A stretch of 64,000 nt of DNA from Macrostomum lignano (lineage: Eukaryota), in NCBI GenBank assembly GCA_002269645.1, contig NIVC01001557.1, positions 1 to 64,000 of the forward strand. The letters are read 5' to 3'. The translations under genes and the position numbers were made by a program. Below, one piece after another: positions 24,212 to 36,394 of the stretch. The notes under the pieces were generated by a model. It had not been told where the DNA came from and searched no databases. It saw only the letters and a list, made by a program, of their open reading frames with translations. Position 1 is the first letter of the stretch. The number at the start of each line of letters is the position of its first letter.

Positions 24212-24633
24212 CGGTCAATATCGGCCAGCTGTTCAGCTGGCAGGCCCCGGCCAGCCGATTTTCGCGCCTCCTGAAACGCCTTGCGCATCGCTGGCGCATC
24301 GGCGAAGATGGCCCTGTGCTCAGTCAGCCGCTGGTGCAGGGCCTGCGCAATCGCCTCGTCCGGCTCGCCTGCCGCAGTGTCCGGGAACGGCTCCCGGAGG
24401 CAACGCTCCGCCCTGGCCAGCCAGCCGCCAACTTTGCCCAGATCGCCTGGCAGCGCCGAGTCCAGCTGCCAGCGCCATTCGTTCAGCTGGTCAGAGGCGG
24501 CGCGCCACTGCGCCTCCAGGGCGTCAACTTCGTCGGGCTTCAGCGTCAGCAGATGGCCGTCGGCGCGACGCTTCAGCAGAGCCTCGTAGGCCTCCTTGAG
24601 AGCCGCCTGCTGCTGACGGAATTCTTCGAATTT
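24212..24633 (-). CDS. SYNE1: Nesprin-like exon, first spectrin repeats (KFEEFRQQ...WRWQLDSALPGDLGKVGGWLARAE)
   Basis: WxxQLDxxLPxxLGxxGxWLxRAE matches the nesprin-1 N-terminal spectrin repeat as I recall it; phase 0/2. Confidence 0.9.
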
Positions 24634-24793
24634 CTGCAGTGAAGATGTACCATAGCGTTGAAACTATGGAGAATGCTGCAGCCGATATGTATCGAAAATA
24701 TATTTTATGTCGCAGTTTTTAATGCGAGTTGTTTTTTGCAAAACTACTAAGAGTAGAAACAAAAAATGAATGCTAAAAGATATTTCTTCTCAC

Positions 24794-24925
24794 CTTGTAA
24801 TTTTCTACCGGGTCGCCGCGACCCTTACCAGAGGTTGGGAGTTCGCGCTCCACAGCCTCACAAAAGTCGGAGATTTTGCGCAGATCGTTTCTCTCCTGCT
24901 CGGCCGCCTGTTTAGCCGCTTCGAC
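24794..24925 (-). CDS. SYNE1: Nesprin-like exon (VEAAKQAAEQERNDL...PVENYK)
   Basis: TAG/GTGAG, 132 nt, phase 0/0. Confidence 0.75.
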
Positions 24926-25099
24926 CTAAGTGAATTACGCAGATGTTTGAATAGTGAGATACTACTCTGAGCAGTATAATTTAAATATTGTAACTAACCA
25001 ACAGTTATCGCAGCGAATTTCGTTCAAAAAATTATCGGAAAAGTTTTAATTAGTAATGGTATATGTAGAAAATTAAAATTTTAATGAACTGAAATGGTT

Positions 25100-25440
25100 G
25101 GAAGAGGGATAGGAGTAGAGACACGGATAAAGGAGAGTAGAGAGAAAAGGGTTAAAGAAAAGAGGGTAGAGAGAGGAGGGTAGAAAGTGGAGGGTAGAGA
25201 GAAGAGTAGAGTGGAGAGGGTAGAGAGAAGAGGGTAGAGAGAAGAGGGTAGAGAGAGAGGAGGGTAGAGAGAGAGGGGGGTAGAGAAAGGAGGGTAGAGA
25301 GAGGAGGGTAGAGAGTGGAGGGTAGAGAGAAGGGTAGAGTGGAGAGGGTAGAGAGAAGAGGGTAGAGAGAGAGGAGGGTAGAGAAAGGAGGGTAGAGAGA
25401 AGAGGGTAGAGAAGAGGGTATAGAGAGATTGGTAGAGAAA
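25100..25440. repeat. Purine-rich low-complexity repeat (GAGGGTAGAGAGA)
   Basis: Visible in the sequence. Confidence 0.85.
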
Positions 25441-25671
25441 TGATGCAAATTTATAAAGGCAGAAAAATTGGAATCGCAACAATCAGCTACTGATTTGAGC
25501 AACAATTGTTTAAACTCTTAATCTGCAAAAATTTTCAATCAATTTAGACTTTCACAAGACTTGGCCAATTAATATCATTTTTGTAATCTGCATGCAGGGA
25601 GAAATACTTTAATTAAGACACTGTTGCTAATGATTGATTGGGTGTTAATTGGGGTTGGGAAATTTATTTAC

Positions 25672-25902
25672 ATGAGCAAAACTGAACTGCTGAGACTTCT
25701 GATTCGACTCGAAAGATTGCAGCAAACATTTCTGCGGCTCAGCTTTCTGCTTTTTCAATTCAATACTGCAGCTGACTCTGTACAGTTTTGGCGGCTGTGG
25801 CCAGTTTGGCGAAGGAGAAGTGGAGGGGGAAGGAGCAGGTGGCGATGATGAGGCATGACTGGGATGCTGGAATGTTGTGCCGCTATGACTGGGCGGTTTG
25901 GA
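25672..25902 (-). CDS. Candidate Pro/Ser-rich cassette exon (SKPPSHSG...FSFAH)
   Basis: TTTCAG acceptor, GTAAAT donor, phase 0/0, open frame; no homology recognised. Confidence 0.35.
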
Positions 25903-26569
25903 CTGAAACAAAGTTAAGATAAGTCTGCTTTAAGATTCGAAACAACACTGGAACAGTGAATCTCAGCTAGAGATAGACTTTTTAAAGAATTTCTTCTATA
26001 AAAAAGATATGCTTTCTAGGAAAGCGCGCGTATTTAAACAAAAGATAGATTCAAAACTTTCCGTTGCTAGAGAGAGTCAGATATTTATGCGATAAGGCAT
26101 GGATTTTTTAAAACAATCATACCGATAAATTAAAAATACCAAACTTCGTTAAAATGCTTGTTTTGTTACAACGTTGTCAAGTATTTAAATTTAAACTCAA
26201 ACTATTAATTTGCGGGCCGATTAATATACATAAATAAACACCTCTGAATAAAAACAGAAACCACGTCAAACAATATTCAACTCTAAAAAGTTCAAACTTT
26301 TAGGTTTTTTAGAATACTGCAACCAAACACCCAAATATTATAAGGTTATACTTTTATAGATACCTTTGACTGCGCGTCTTCCATCTGCAATAATAAGTTT
26401 TTTTAAGCACAGCAATAAAACTTTGCTTCTCAAACCTTAAATAAGATTGAAAATAGTACACTTTAAAAATCCATGCTTTGAGCAATACAGAAAGATGCTA
26501 GAAAGATGCGGTTAAATGCATCAAATATTTAATTTTAGAAACGTAAAGCATGCTCACTTTTTTAATTAA

Positions 26570-29290
26570 CTGATGGATTGCTAATCTGTCCCATCAGGGA
26601 TGGAGGAAGAGAAAGAATGGATTGCTAATCTAGCCAATCAGGGATGGAGGAATAGAATGGAGTGGATTGCTAATCTGTCCTATCAGGGATGGAGGAAGAG
26701 AAAGAATGGATTGCTAATCTAGCCAATTAGGGATGGAGGAATAGAATGGAGTGGATTGCTAATCTGTCCTATCAGGGATGGAGGAAGAAAAAGAATGGAT
26801 TGCTAATCTAGCCAATTAGGGATGGAGGAATAGAATGGAGTGGATTGCTAATCTGTCCTATCAGGGATGGAGGAAGAAAAAGAATGGATTGCTAATCTAG
26901 CCAATCAGGGATGGAGGAATAGAATGGAGTGGATTGCTAATCTGTCCTATCAGGGATGGAGGAAGAGAAAGAATGGATTGCTAATCTAGCCAATCAGGGA
27001 TGGAGGAATAGAATGGAGTGGATTGCTAATCTAGCCAATCAGGGACATTGAAATACAATGGAGTGGATTGCTAATCTAGCCAATCAGGGATGGAGGAATA
27101 CAATGGAGTGGATTGCTAATCTAGCCAATCAGGGATGGAGGAAGAGAAAGAATGGATTGCTAATCTAGCCAATCAGGGATGGAGGAATAGAATGGAGTGG
27201 ATTGCTAATCTAGCCAATCAGGGACATTGAAATACAATGGAGTGGATTGCTAATCTGTCCTATCAGGGATGGAGGAGTACAATGGAGTGGATTGCTAATC
27301 TAGCCAATCAGGGATGGAGGAATACAATGGAGTGGATTGCTAATCTAGCCAATCAGGGATGGAGGAATACAATGGAGTGGATTGCTAATCTAGCCAATCA
27401 GGGATGGAGGAATAGAATGGAGTGGATTGCTAATCTAGCCAATCAGGGACATTGAAATACAATGGAGTGGATTGCTAATCTAGCCAATCAGGGATGGAGG
27501 AGTACAATGGAGTGGATTGCTAATCTAGCCAATCAGGGATGGAGGAGTACAATGGAGTGGATTGCTAATCTAGCCAATCAGGGATGGAGGAATACAATGG
27601 AGTGGATTGCTAATCTAGCCAATCAGGGATGGAGGAATAGAATGGAGTGGATTGCTAATCTAGCCAATCAGGAACGGAGGAAGAGAAAGAATGGATTGCT
27701 AATCTAGCCAATCAGGGATGGAGGAGTACAATGGAGTGGATTGCTAATCTAGCCAATCAGGGATGGAGGAGTACAATGGAGTGGATTGCTAATCTAGCCA
27801 ATCAGGGATGGAGGAGTACAATGGAGTGGATTGCTAATCTAGCCAATCAGGGATAGAGGAATACAATGGAGTGGATTGCTAATCTAGCCAATCAGCGATG
27901 GAGGAATACAATAGAGTGGATTGCTAATCTAGCCAATCAGGGATGGAGGAATAGAATGGAGTGGATTGCTAATCTAGCCAATCAGGGATGGAGGAATACA
28001 ATGGAGTGGATTGCTAATCTAGCCAATCAGGGATGGAGGAATACAATGGAGTGGATTGCTAATCTAGCCAATCAGGGATGGAGGAGTACAATGGAGTGGA
28101 CTGCTAATCTAGCCAATCAGGGATGGAGGAATACAATAGAGTGGATTGCTAATCTAGCCAATCAGGGATAGAGGAATAGAATGGAGTGGACTGCTAATCT
28201 AGCCAATCAGGGATGGAGGAATACAATGGAGTGGATTGCTAATCTAGCCAATCAGGGATGGAGGAATACAATGGAGTGGACTGCTAATCTAGCCAATCAG
28301 GGATGGAGGAATAGAATGGAGTGGACTGCTAATCTAGCCAATCAGGGATGGAGGAATACAATGGAGTGGACTGCTAATCTAGCCAATTAGAGATGGAGGA
28401 ATAGAATGGAGTGGATTGCTAATCTAGCCAATCAGGGATGGAGGAATAGAATGGAGTGGATTGCTAATCTAGCCAATCAGGGATGGAGGAATAGAATGGA
28501 GTGGATTGCTAATCTAGCCAATCAGGGATGGAGGAATACAATGGAGTGGATTGCTAATCTAGCCAATCAGGGATGGAGGAATACAATGGAGTGGACTGCT
28601 AATCTAGCCAATCAGGGATGGAGGAATAGAATAGAGTGGATTGCTAATCTAGCCAATCAGGGATGGAGGAATAGAATGGAGTGGACTGCTAATCTAGCCA
28701 ATCAGGGATGGAGGAATACAATGGAGTGGATTGCTAATCTAGCCAATCAGGGATGGAGGAATACAATGGAGTGGACTGCTAATCTAGCCAATCAGGGATG
28801 GAGGAATACAATGGAGTGGATTGCTAATCTAGCCAATCAGGGATGGAGGAATAGAATGGAGTGGATTGCTAATCTAGCCAATCAGGGATGGAGGAATAGA
28901 ATGGAGTGGATTGCTAATCTAGCCAATCAGGGATGGAGGAATAGAATGGAGTGGATTGCTAATCTAGCCAATCAGGATGGAGGAATAGAATGGAGTGGAT
29001 TGCTAATCTAGCCAATCAGGGATGGAGGAATACAATGGAGTGGATTGCTAATCTAGCCAATCAGGGATGGAGGAATACAATGGAGTGGATTGCTAATCTA
29101 GCCAATCAGGGACATTGAAATACAATGGAGTGGATTGCTAATCTAGCCAATCAGGGATGGAGGAATACAATGGAGTGGACTGCTAATCTAGCCAATCAGG
29201 GATGGAGGAATAGAATGGAGTGGATTGCTAATCTAGCCAATTAGGGATGGAGGAATACAATGGAGTGGACTGCTAATCTAGCCAATCAGG
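26570..29290. repeat. 45-bp satellite, ~60 units, most containing AGCCAATCAG
   Basis: Unit ATGGAGTGGATTGCTAATCTAGCCAATCAGGGATGGAGGAATACA. Confidence 0.97.
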
Positions 29291-29463
29291 GGTCAAGAAT
29301 TCAGGGATGCAGAACTTGACCATTCCCAAGATGGGGCGAACCTCGCAAGTCGCAAGCCAAAAAACAACACAACCGGACCTCAGCTCATGCTCTCTTCCAA
29401 GCCATGCAGCAATGAGCACGGCAACGCGGCAAGACCATAAAAACGAATTCTGCACTGCGCCAC

Positions 29464-29495
29464 CTGCAGTAGAGCGACATCCAACTGAGAGCAAC

Positions 29496-29534
<39 letters not shown>

Positions 29535-29805
29535 AGGCGGCTCCAGCTCGGAGCTCCCTGCGAACGGCGAACGCGGCGAAAGGCATCGGCGGCGACAATA
29601 GCAGATTCGCCGAGGCCGCAGATACGCAGTCGGTGGAGGTGTCGGCACCGATGGAGGACACTGTGGTGCAGCTGGACTCGTCATCGAGGTCAGAGCTCAA
29701 GGGCTCCTCCGACAAGGTGCCCAGGCGGGCATCGGGTTGAGCAGACCTCATCGAAGACGATCGAGAAGTCGGTCTCACCGTGCCGAATGTGGCAAAGAAT
29801 TCCAT
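29464..29805 (-). CDS. Candidate Ser-rich exon or internal alternative first exon (MEFFATFG...SSSSSSSSSSSSGCSQLDVALLQ)
   Basis: GC-rich ORF 29380-29949 with a CAG/CTG triplet tract; phase-0 donor CAG|GTGGCG at 29464; no phase-0 acceptor found, so the start is uncertain. Confidence 0.45.
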
Positions 29806-30176
29806 TCTACTGTCGGAGCAGTCGGTGCAGCCGCAAGCTCCCGGGTTCGAGTCCTCCTCGTGGCTGCAGGTCAAATCGTAAGCCGAGGGCTCGCGGAGCA
29901 GCACTGAGCAGCAGGGCTTCACGAGTTTTGGCAATTTTAAAGAGTGCACCGAGTTGATTTTTGGTGAGACGGGATTTTTAGTTTATAGGAATTAAATAAA
30001 AAGGCTGCATCAAGCTACTTATTGAAAAGTAGTGTAAAAGCGCATTATAAATTTGTTTGAGAGTCTAGATTGTTATGCAAAATTACATGTAAAACTTGTG
30101 TTTGTGAAACTTTTACCAATTTTAAGAAACGGTGAATTAAATATTATTTGACCCATCATCATACGAATTTGCTCAC

Positions 30177-30283
30177 CTGCTCCAGCAACTTCGGCTTCTT
30201 TTTTGAGCCCTCGGGATAGGCCTTGAGGAACTGGGCCACGTAGGTCATAATGGACTTCTCGTCCGGCTTGTCCACGTCAACGT
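30177..30283 (-). CDS. SYNE1: Nesprin-like exon: end of CH2 (DVDVDKPDEKSIMTYVAQFLKAYPE...LLEQ)
   Basis: KPDEKSIMTYVAQF signature; phase 1/0. Confidence 0.95.
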
Positions 30284-30329
30284 CTGCGAAGTTTGTTTAT
30301 TTTTAATTGATAAAATTGATCTTTCCGAC

Positions 30330-30960
30330 TTTTTAATCTCACTTTCTATCACCCCTTCACCCTGCAGAATCTCATCATTCACCATTCAGGATCTCACCCT
30401 CATCCAACAGGATCTCACCCTTCACTCTACAGAATCTCACCATTCACCCTATAGAATCTCACCCTCACCCTACAGAATCTCCCCCTTCACCCTACAGAAT
30501 CTCACCCTTCACGCTACAGAATCTCACCATTCACCCTATAGAATCTCACCCTTCACGCTACAGAATCTCACCATTCACCCTATAGAATTTCACCCTTCAC
30601 CCTACAGAATCTCACCATTCACCCTATAGAATCTCACCATTCACCCTATAGAATCTCACCCTTCACGCTACAGAATCTCACCATTCACCCTATAGAATCT
30701 CACCCTTCACGCTACAGAATCTCACCATTCACCCTATAGAATCTCACCATTCACGCTACAGAATCTCACCATTCACCCTATAGAATCTCACCATTCACAC
30801 TATAGAATCTCACCCTTCACGCTACAGAATCTCACCATTCACCCTATAGAATCTCACCCTTCACGCTACAGAATCTCACCATTCACCCTATAGAATCTCA
30901 CCATTCACACTATAGAATCTCACCCTTCACCATTTATAATCTCACTCTTCACCCTGGCCT
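30330..30960. repeat. 22-bp minisatellite (TACAGAATCTCACCCTTCACGC)
   Basis: Tandem copies; the minus strand carries GGTGAGAT. Confidence 0.95.
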
Positions 30961-31126
30961 ACAGGATCTCGCCTCTCTTGACCCTGGAGAATTTCACCTG
31001 AACAGTACAATCTCACCCCTTAGCACTTGAGAATCTCACCCCTTAACACCAGAGAGTCTCATCCCTTGAAAATGCACCTATCTACCAACCTACATCAACA
31101 CCCCAAAAAACCTGCTTAAACCTCAC

Positions 31127-31448
31127 CCTCAGGATCAATGAGCCGCGGAATGTTCAGCCCGGACTCGGCGGCAGCGAAGGCGGCCTCGAGGTTCTCGCGG
31201 TTGGTCCTGTCGCCCAGCTTCTCCATGTCCACTAGGCTGGGGTCGATGTTGTGCACCATGGCGTTGAAGGCGGAACCGTCGCGCCAAGAGTTGCCGAAAT
31301 CGCGAATGTCAATGGCGTACTTGTCGCCGAGGTTGTTCTGCGCCCAGGCTAGCAAGGCCTTCTTGGCGGAGCCTTTAAACTTTTCGCCGCGCTCTGCGAG
31401 TTCCGTGCCTTCCAGCGACTTCATGATGGTGTCCTCCTGCTCCTCGAT
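31127..31448 (-). CDS. SYNE1: Nesprin-like exon: CH2 domain (SAKKALLAWAQ...DFGNSWRDGSAFNAMVH...PRLIDPE)
   Basis: CH2 motifs; CAG/GTGAG; phase 0/1. Confidence 0.95.
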
Positions 31449-31599
31449 CTGGGGAAATGCGGCAAGGGTTAGATATGAAGATTAGACAGGGGCGCTGCTG
31501 GGTGGCGGCTGGTCTAGGGGTGAAGCGAGTCGCTCTGTCATTCCAAAGGAACTAGGTTCGAGTCCCGAGTGTGGTCCAGTTTATTTATAGTTACAGAGT

Positions 31600-32110
31600 A
31601 GGCTGGGAAGGCTGTAGAGTAGGGATGGGAAGGCTTTAGAGTAGGGATGGGAAGGCTGTAGTGTAGGGATGAGAAGGCTGTATTGCAGGCATGGGAAGGC
31701 TTAAGAGTAGGGATGGGAAGGTTGTAGAGTAGGGATATGAAGGCTTTAGAGTAGGGATGGGAAGGCTGTAGAGTAGGGATGGGAAGGCTGTAGTGTAGGG
31801 ATGGGAAGGCTGTAGTTTCAGGCTGTAGTGTAGGGATAGGAAAGCTGTATTGCAGGCATGGGAAGGCTTTAGAGTAGGGATAGGAAGGCTTTAGAGTAGG
31901 GATAGGAAGGCTGTAGTGTAGGGAAAGGAAGGCTGTAGAGTAGGGATAGGAAGGCTGTAGTGTAGGGATTGGAAGGCTGTAGAGTAGGGATGGGAAGGCT
32001 GTATTGCAGGCATGGGAAGGCTTTAGAGTAGGGATAGGAAGGCCTTAGAGTAGGTATGGGAAGGCTGTAGTACAGGGGTGGGATGCTGTAGAGTAGAGAC
32101 GGGAGGCTGT
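31600..32110. repeat. 22-bp minisatellite (GGGATGGGAAGGCTGTAGAGTA)
   Basis: Tandem copies. Confidence 0.93.
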
Positions 32111-32933
32111 ACTGCAGGAAAACAGCTTCGCAAAAAGCTTCGCAAAACTGCTACAAAAAGAAATACTGAATCGATTCTGAGGTTTAAAAAACATGTTCTT
32201 CAGATAGCATAGGATGCATAGACAGACGTCAGTCATAGGGCAAACGAAAACTTTGTGGTCTTCATTATTATGCAGAATAATATCAACGAAGGAGTAAAAA
32301 CAGACTTCAGAAGACTCTGGTGGATAAAAATGACGCAAAAAAGTTTACTGGCACCAGAAACTGGAGTAATAACATATTTGTGGCTTTTTCTCCATCCAGT
32401 GTGCAATAAGCGATGACGTAATCGCAATGGAAGGGACAGATAATCAATTACTTGTTACGCAATACTTGCAGCAGACACTATCTATCCATTTGCCAAGGTT
32501 TTCATAGCTCCAGGGTTCCAACACCCTACAGCCTCAGTTTTTAAAACTGTTTCTAACTTTCCACCTTTTCCAGTTTACGTTTTCGTGGATAAACATGGAT
32601 AGGTGAAATTTGCCTCAAATGCCAGGGCAATCCTATACGAATACGGGGGTGTAAAAGCATATAAAATTAACCAACCAATTCCTGAAAGAAAAATAAAATA
32701 AGTTCAGCAATGAAATGTTTTTATCGAGAGTAAAATATATTCTCATAGAACATATTAATGATCAGATTTGAGTAGGTTGTATTACCAATTGGCTCAAGTC
32801 CATGATTGGCTGATCAAGCTGTTCAGGTAATAGTTTATCGAAAGCAATTAGTCAATTATATATTTTAGCTATAATTACAGGTTAATTATTACAGCTGTTA
32901 CAATAAAGAGCGCCGCCACCCCAGTTTGCTCAC

Positions 32934-33026
32934 CTGGAAGTACAGGATAATTGTCCAGATAAGGCCCAGCACAATGGAAGGTTTGCCGTCCACAATGTCG
33001 GCCGGGTTGATGTTGACTAGCTTGAT
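32934..33026 (-). CDS. SYNE1: Nesprin-like exon: end of CH1 ([31 protein letters not shown])
   Basis: Signature [21 protein letters not shown] as in nesprin-1/MSP-300; 93 nt, phase 0/0; not in the ORF track. Confidence 0.95.
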
Positions 33027-33619
33027 CTGCGGCAGGTGAAAATGGTTCGATCTTTATCAGTTCTGCCTGGGCTGAGTTTTATGGCTTAATTATTATTCCC
33101 GGGTGTTAATCGGTTGGTCTAATTATTTCACTAAATGAAAAAGTGGGTCGGCCTTAATGAATTTTGACTCTGCAGCAGTATTGAATTTATACACCTGGGA
33201 TTTAAAGGTATAACTACTTTTGAAAGAACAGGTACGGAAGAATGCATGGAATTTTCGACGATCAAGGCGAATGCTTAAGTGAACAGCAAAAAAGTCGATT
33301 CATTTCGAAACCCAAAAAATGCGCAGATAAATCTTCTGCGCCACAGATTTGTCAGACCCAGCACAGCAGTGAGTCATCAAGATTCAAGAGGGGGGTGATC
33401 AGTGAACTTTTAGGCGAAATTAAATTACCCTTGGTTAATGATAGACACGGGAAGACAAGAGAATAGGCAATTGCATGCATACTAAGTAGATAGATGCAGG
33501 TGCATAAAACAGATTGGTATTGTTAGCTGCAGATATGCAGGTAGATGTAGATAGAAAGGTAGATAGGTAGGTAGATGTAGTCGCTAGATATGATGGTAGC
33601 TATGGGTACTCGTGAGCAG

Positions 33620-33980
<361 letters not shown>

Positions 33981-34859
33981 AATTCTGGCAGCCAATTAGC
34001 TAGCAGACAGGCAGCAGCAGCCAGAGCCTGTGGCCAGAAATATGAGCACACTGGCCATCGCTAACCCGCTATGCGAAGCGCATTCCTCACGTGGCACTCG
34101 GCCCCACACAGCCACCCATTGAGCGATCTACGCACAAAACTCGGCAGTGCAGTCGCTCCAAACAGAATGGCAGAATGGCATATTCTCTCGCCTATAGCGC
34201 CTACGGTCGCCATGGCAACTGCAACTTATTATATATGGGTTTGACAGCTATGCGCTACTATGAGCTGCACTTGAGCTACTGGGCTAGGAAGTCTACGCCA
34301 ACCCCCTGAGACTGGGTGGCGAGCGGGACAGGCAGGTAGTGCTGGCTACCTGAGCTTAGGGGTCTATTAATTTGTCTCTTTCAACTCTGCCTCCGAGTCT
34401 GTCAGCACGGCTCTCACAGCAGGTGATGCGGAGAGAGTTACACCCATCTAGACCTCGGTCTCAGTCTCATTCTCTTTCTCTCTCAGCTCTGTTTTAGAAA
34501 GCAATCTCTTCTTCGTGCCGATGAAGAAGCGAGCCGAGGTGTGTTTGAGAGGCTGTAGAGGCTGGGCCGATGCCAGCGGAAGCGCAAAGTGGCTTCAAAC
34601 TAACAAAAATAACAGCAGAGACGTTTGTGCCGAGAAAAATTGTTAATTAACTTTTGCCGAGACCCTGCCTCTTTAGGGGTAATCTGATATCTAGTTCTCG
34701 AGTCAGTTGATGCGGTTTAAACTGGGCTCAGTTCGCAGTTTGAGTAGAAAATTTATTATAGTACAGCTCAGCGACAGGAAACGTTAGGAGCAAAATGCAG
34801 ATCTATTTTGTAAACTTTCCAGGGATTTCCTTTTCGTTGTTTTTTTCAAAAGTACAATG

Positions 34860-35160
34860 TTGGTAGGTAGGTAGGTAGGTAGGTAGGTAGGTAGGTAGGT
34901 AGGTAGGTAGGTAGGTAAGTAGGTAGGTAGGTAGGTAGGTAAGTAGGTAGGCAGGTAGTTAGGTTGGTAGGTAGGTAGGTAGGTAGGTAGGTAAGTAGGT
35001 AGGTAGGTAGGTAAGTAGGTAGGTAGGTAGGTAGGTAAGTAGGTAGGCAGGTAGTTAGGTAGGTAGGTAGATAGGTAGGTAGGTAGGTAAGTAAGTAAGT
35101 AGGTAGGTAGGTAGGCAGGTAGTTAGGTAGGTAAGTAGGTACGTAGGTAGCCAGGTAGGT
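34860..35160. repeat. (AGGT)n microsatellite
   Basis: Visible in the sequence. Confidence 0.97.
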
Positions 35161-35327
35161 ATGTAGTTTTTCTTTCCGGACTACGGAATCCTCACAAAAT
35201 GCGTCAAAATTGCATGGCGGAAGTAAAAAGTATCAGTAATTTCTAGTACATCTAAGTTCAACAAGAAGACTCAACTCAATATTAATTAATACAGCCCAAA
35301 AGCATACATCTGATGAGTAGGACTCAC

Positions 35328-35569
35328 CTTTTTGCTCTCGAGAAAGCTGAGCGCAGTTCGAACATTGCTGAGGCAGTGCACTCGCTGCATGACTTTTCTC
35401 GACTCGTGCGGCAGCTTCTGGCCAGACAGCACCTCCAGCAGCAGCAGCAGCTTGATGCCGTCCTTGACCTCGGGGAACAAGTCGGCAATCTTGCAGGGCG
35501 GCTGGCACTGGATGAGGTAGGTGTTGATCCAGTTGGTGAAGGTCTTCTTCTGGACGCGCTCCTGCTCAT
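35328..35569 (-). CDS. SYNE1: Nesprin-like exon: CH1 domain (DEQERVQKKTFTNWIN...LEVLSGQKL...NVRTALSFLESKK)
   Basis: Canonical actinin-type CH1 motif QKKTFTxWIN; CAG acceptor (phase 1), GTGAG donor (phase 0). Confidence 0.95.
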
Positions 35570-36348
35570 CTGCGCGAGTTGAGTGAGGAGTTAAAGTCAG
35601 TGCGGCATCAAACGCTCGAAGGGAAGCCGTCAGTCGCTTTCGGAACCGCTTCATAATTGAAGCTTCCGCCAGAAATTCTACACTGTATGGCCGAGCTTCC
35701 GTTCAAAGTCTTTGTTCTAATATATAAGAAATCTGCCCAATTGTGCCATAGCCAGTGACTCAGTCAATGCAGAACTCGCCAGATGAAGCCGGGACTGGAA
35801 GACTGGCTTCGATAATGCGGGGCTGCTGAAGAAGCCAAGGTCAAGGCAGGCTATGGACCTCTCCCCGCTCTTCCCCTCGGTTCCATTTATAACCCAGCCT
35901 AACCCGCAGGATTCCTTCGCTGTACCAGGCAATATTTTTTTCTACTTTGCCAAACGTGCGCGCAGATGCGCAGAGAACCGCCCCCCCCCCCCTAGCAACA
36001 AGGCTGGCTGACTTTCAATGCAGCATCCCGAATAGCAGATGGGGACAGCAGCTTCAGCGGGTTTAGGGGGGAAGCACGTCGGGTCTTCTGCAACCTGGCG
36101 AAGAAAACACCTACTGTGGAATCTTCCCCTATACCAGGTATCTTGCATGGCTTTGGTTCTGCGTACATTTCCTGTAAAGGTGCACACGCTCTTTAGGGTT
36201 GGGGATACAAGTTCCCCCTGGCAATAACTATTGCGTTTGCGGTAGCAATTGACCCTTGCACGGATGTAAGATCTATTTTTAAAGTAGCGGAAGGGTTCGA
36301 AATCCGGAAAAAGTATCACTGAATCAGAGTTAGAAAGGCCGCTTTTAC

Positions 36349-36394
36349 CTCGCAGGTTTTTCACATTGCTCATGAAACTCTGGCGACGTTGCAT
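36349..36394 (-). CDS. SYNE1: Nesprin-like gene, candidate alternative first coding exon E (MQRRQSFMSNVKNLR|D)
   Basis: ATG at 36394; 46 nt, phase 1; ends CTG CGA G|GTAAAA. Confidence 0.6.

Noticed and set aside
27237-29011. ORFs of (MEWIANLANQGWRNT)n
   Set aside because: Translation of a 45-bp (3n) intronic satellite; interrupted by stops; no splice or codon evidence
35570-35654. In-frame read-in MKRFRKRLTASLR... upstream of CH1
   Set aside because: Overlaps the pyrimidine tract and acceptor; a proximal unspliced start is possible but unsupported
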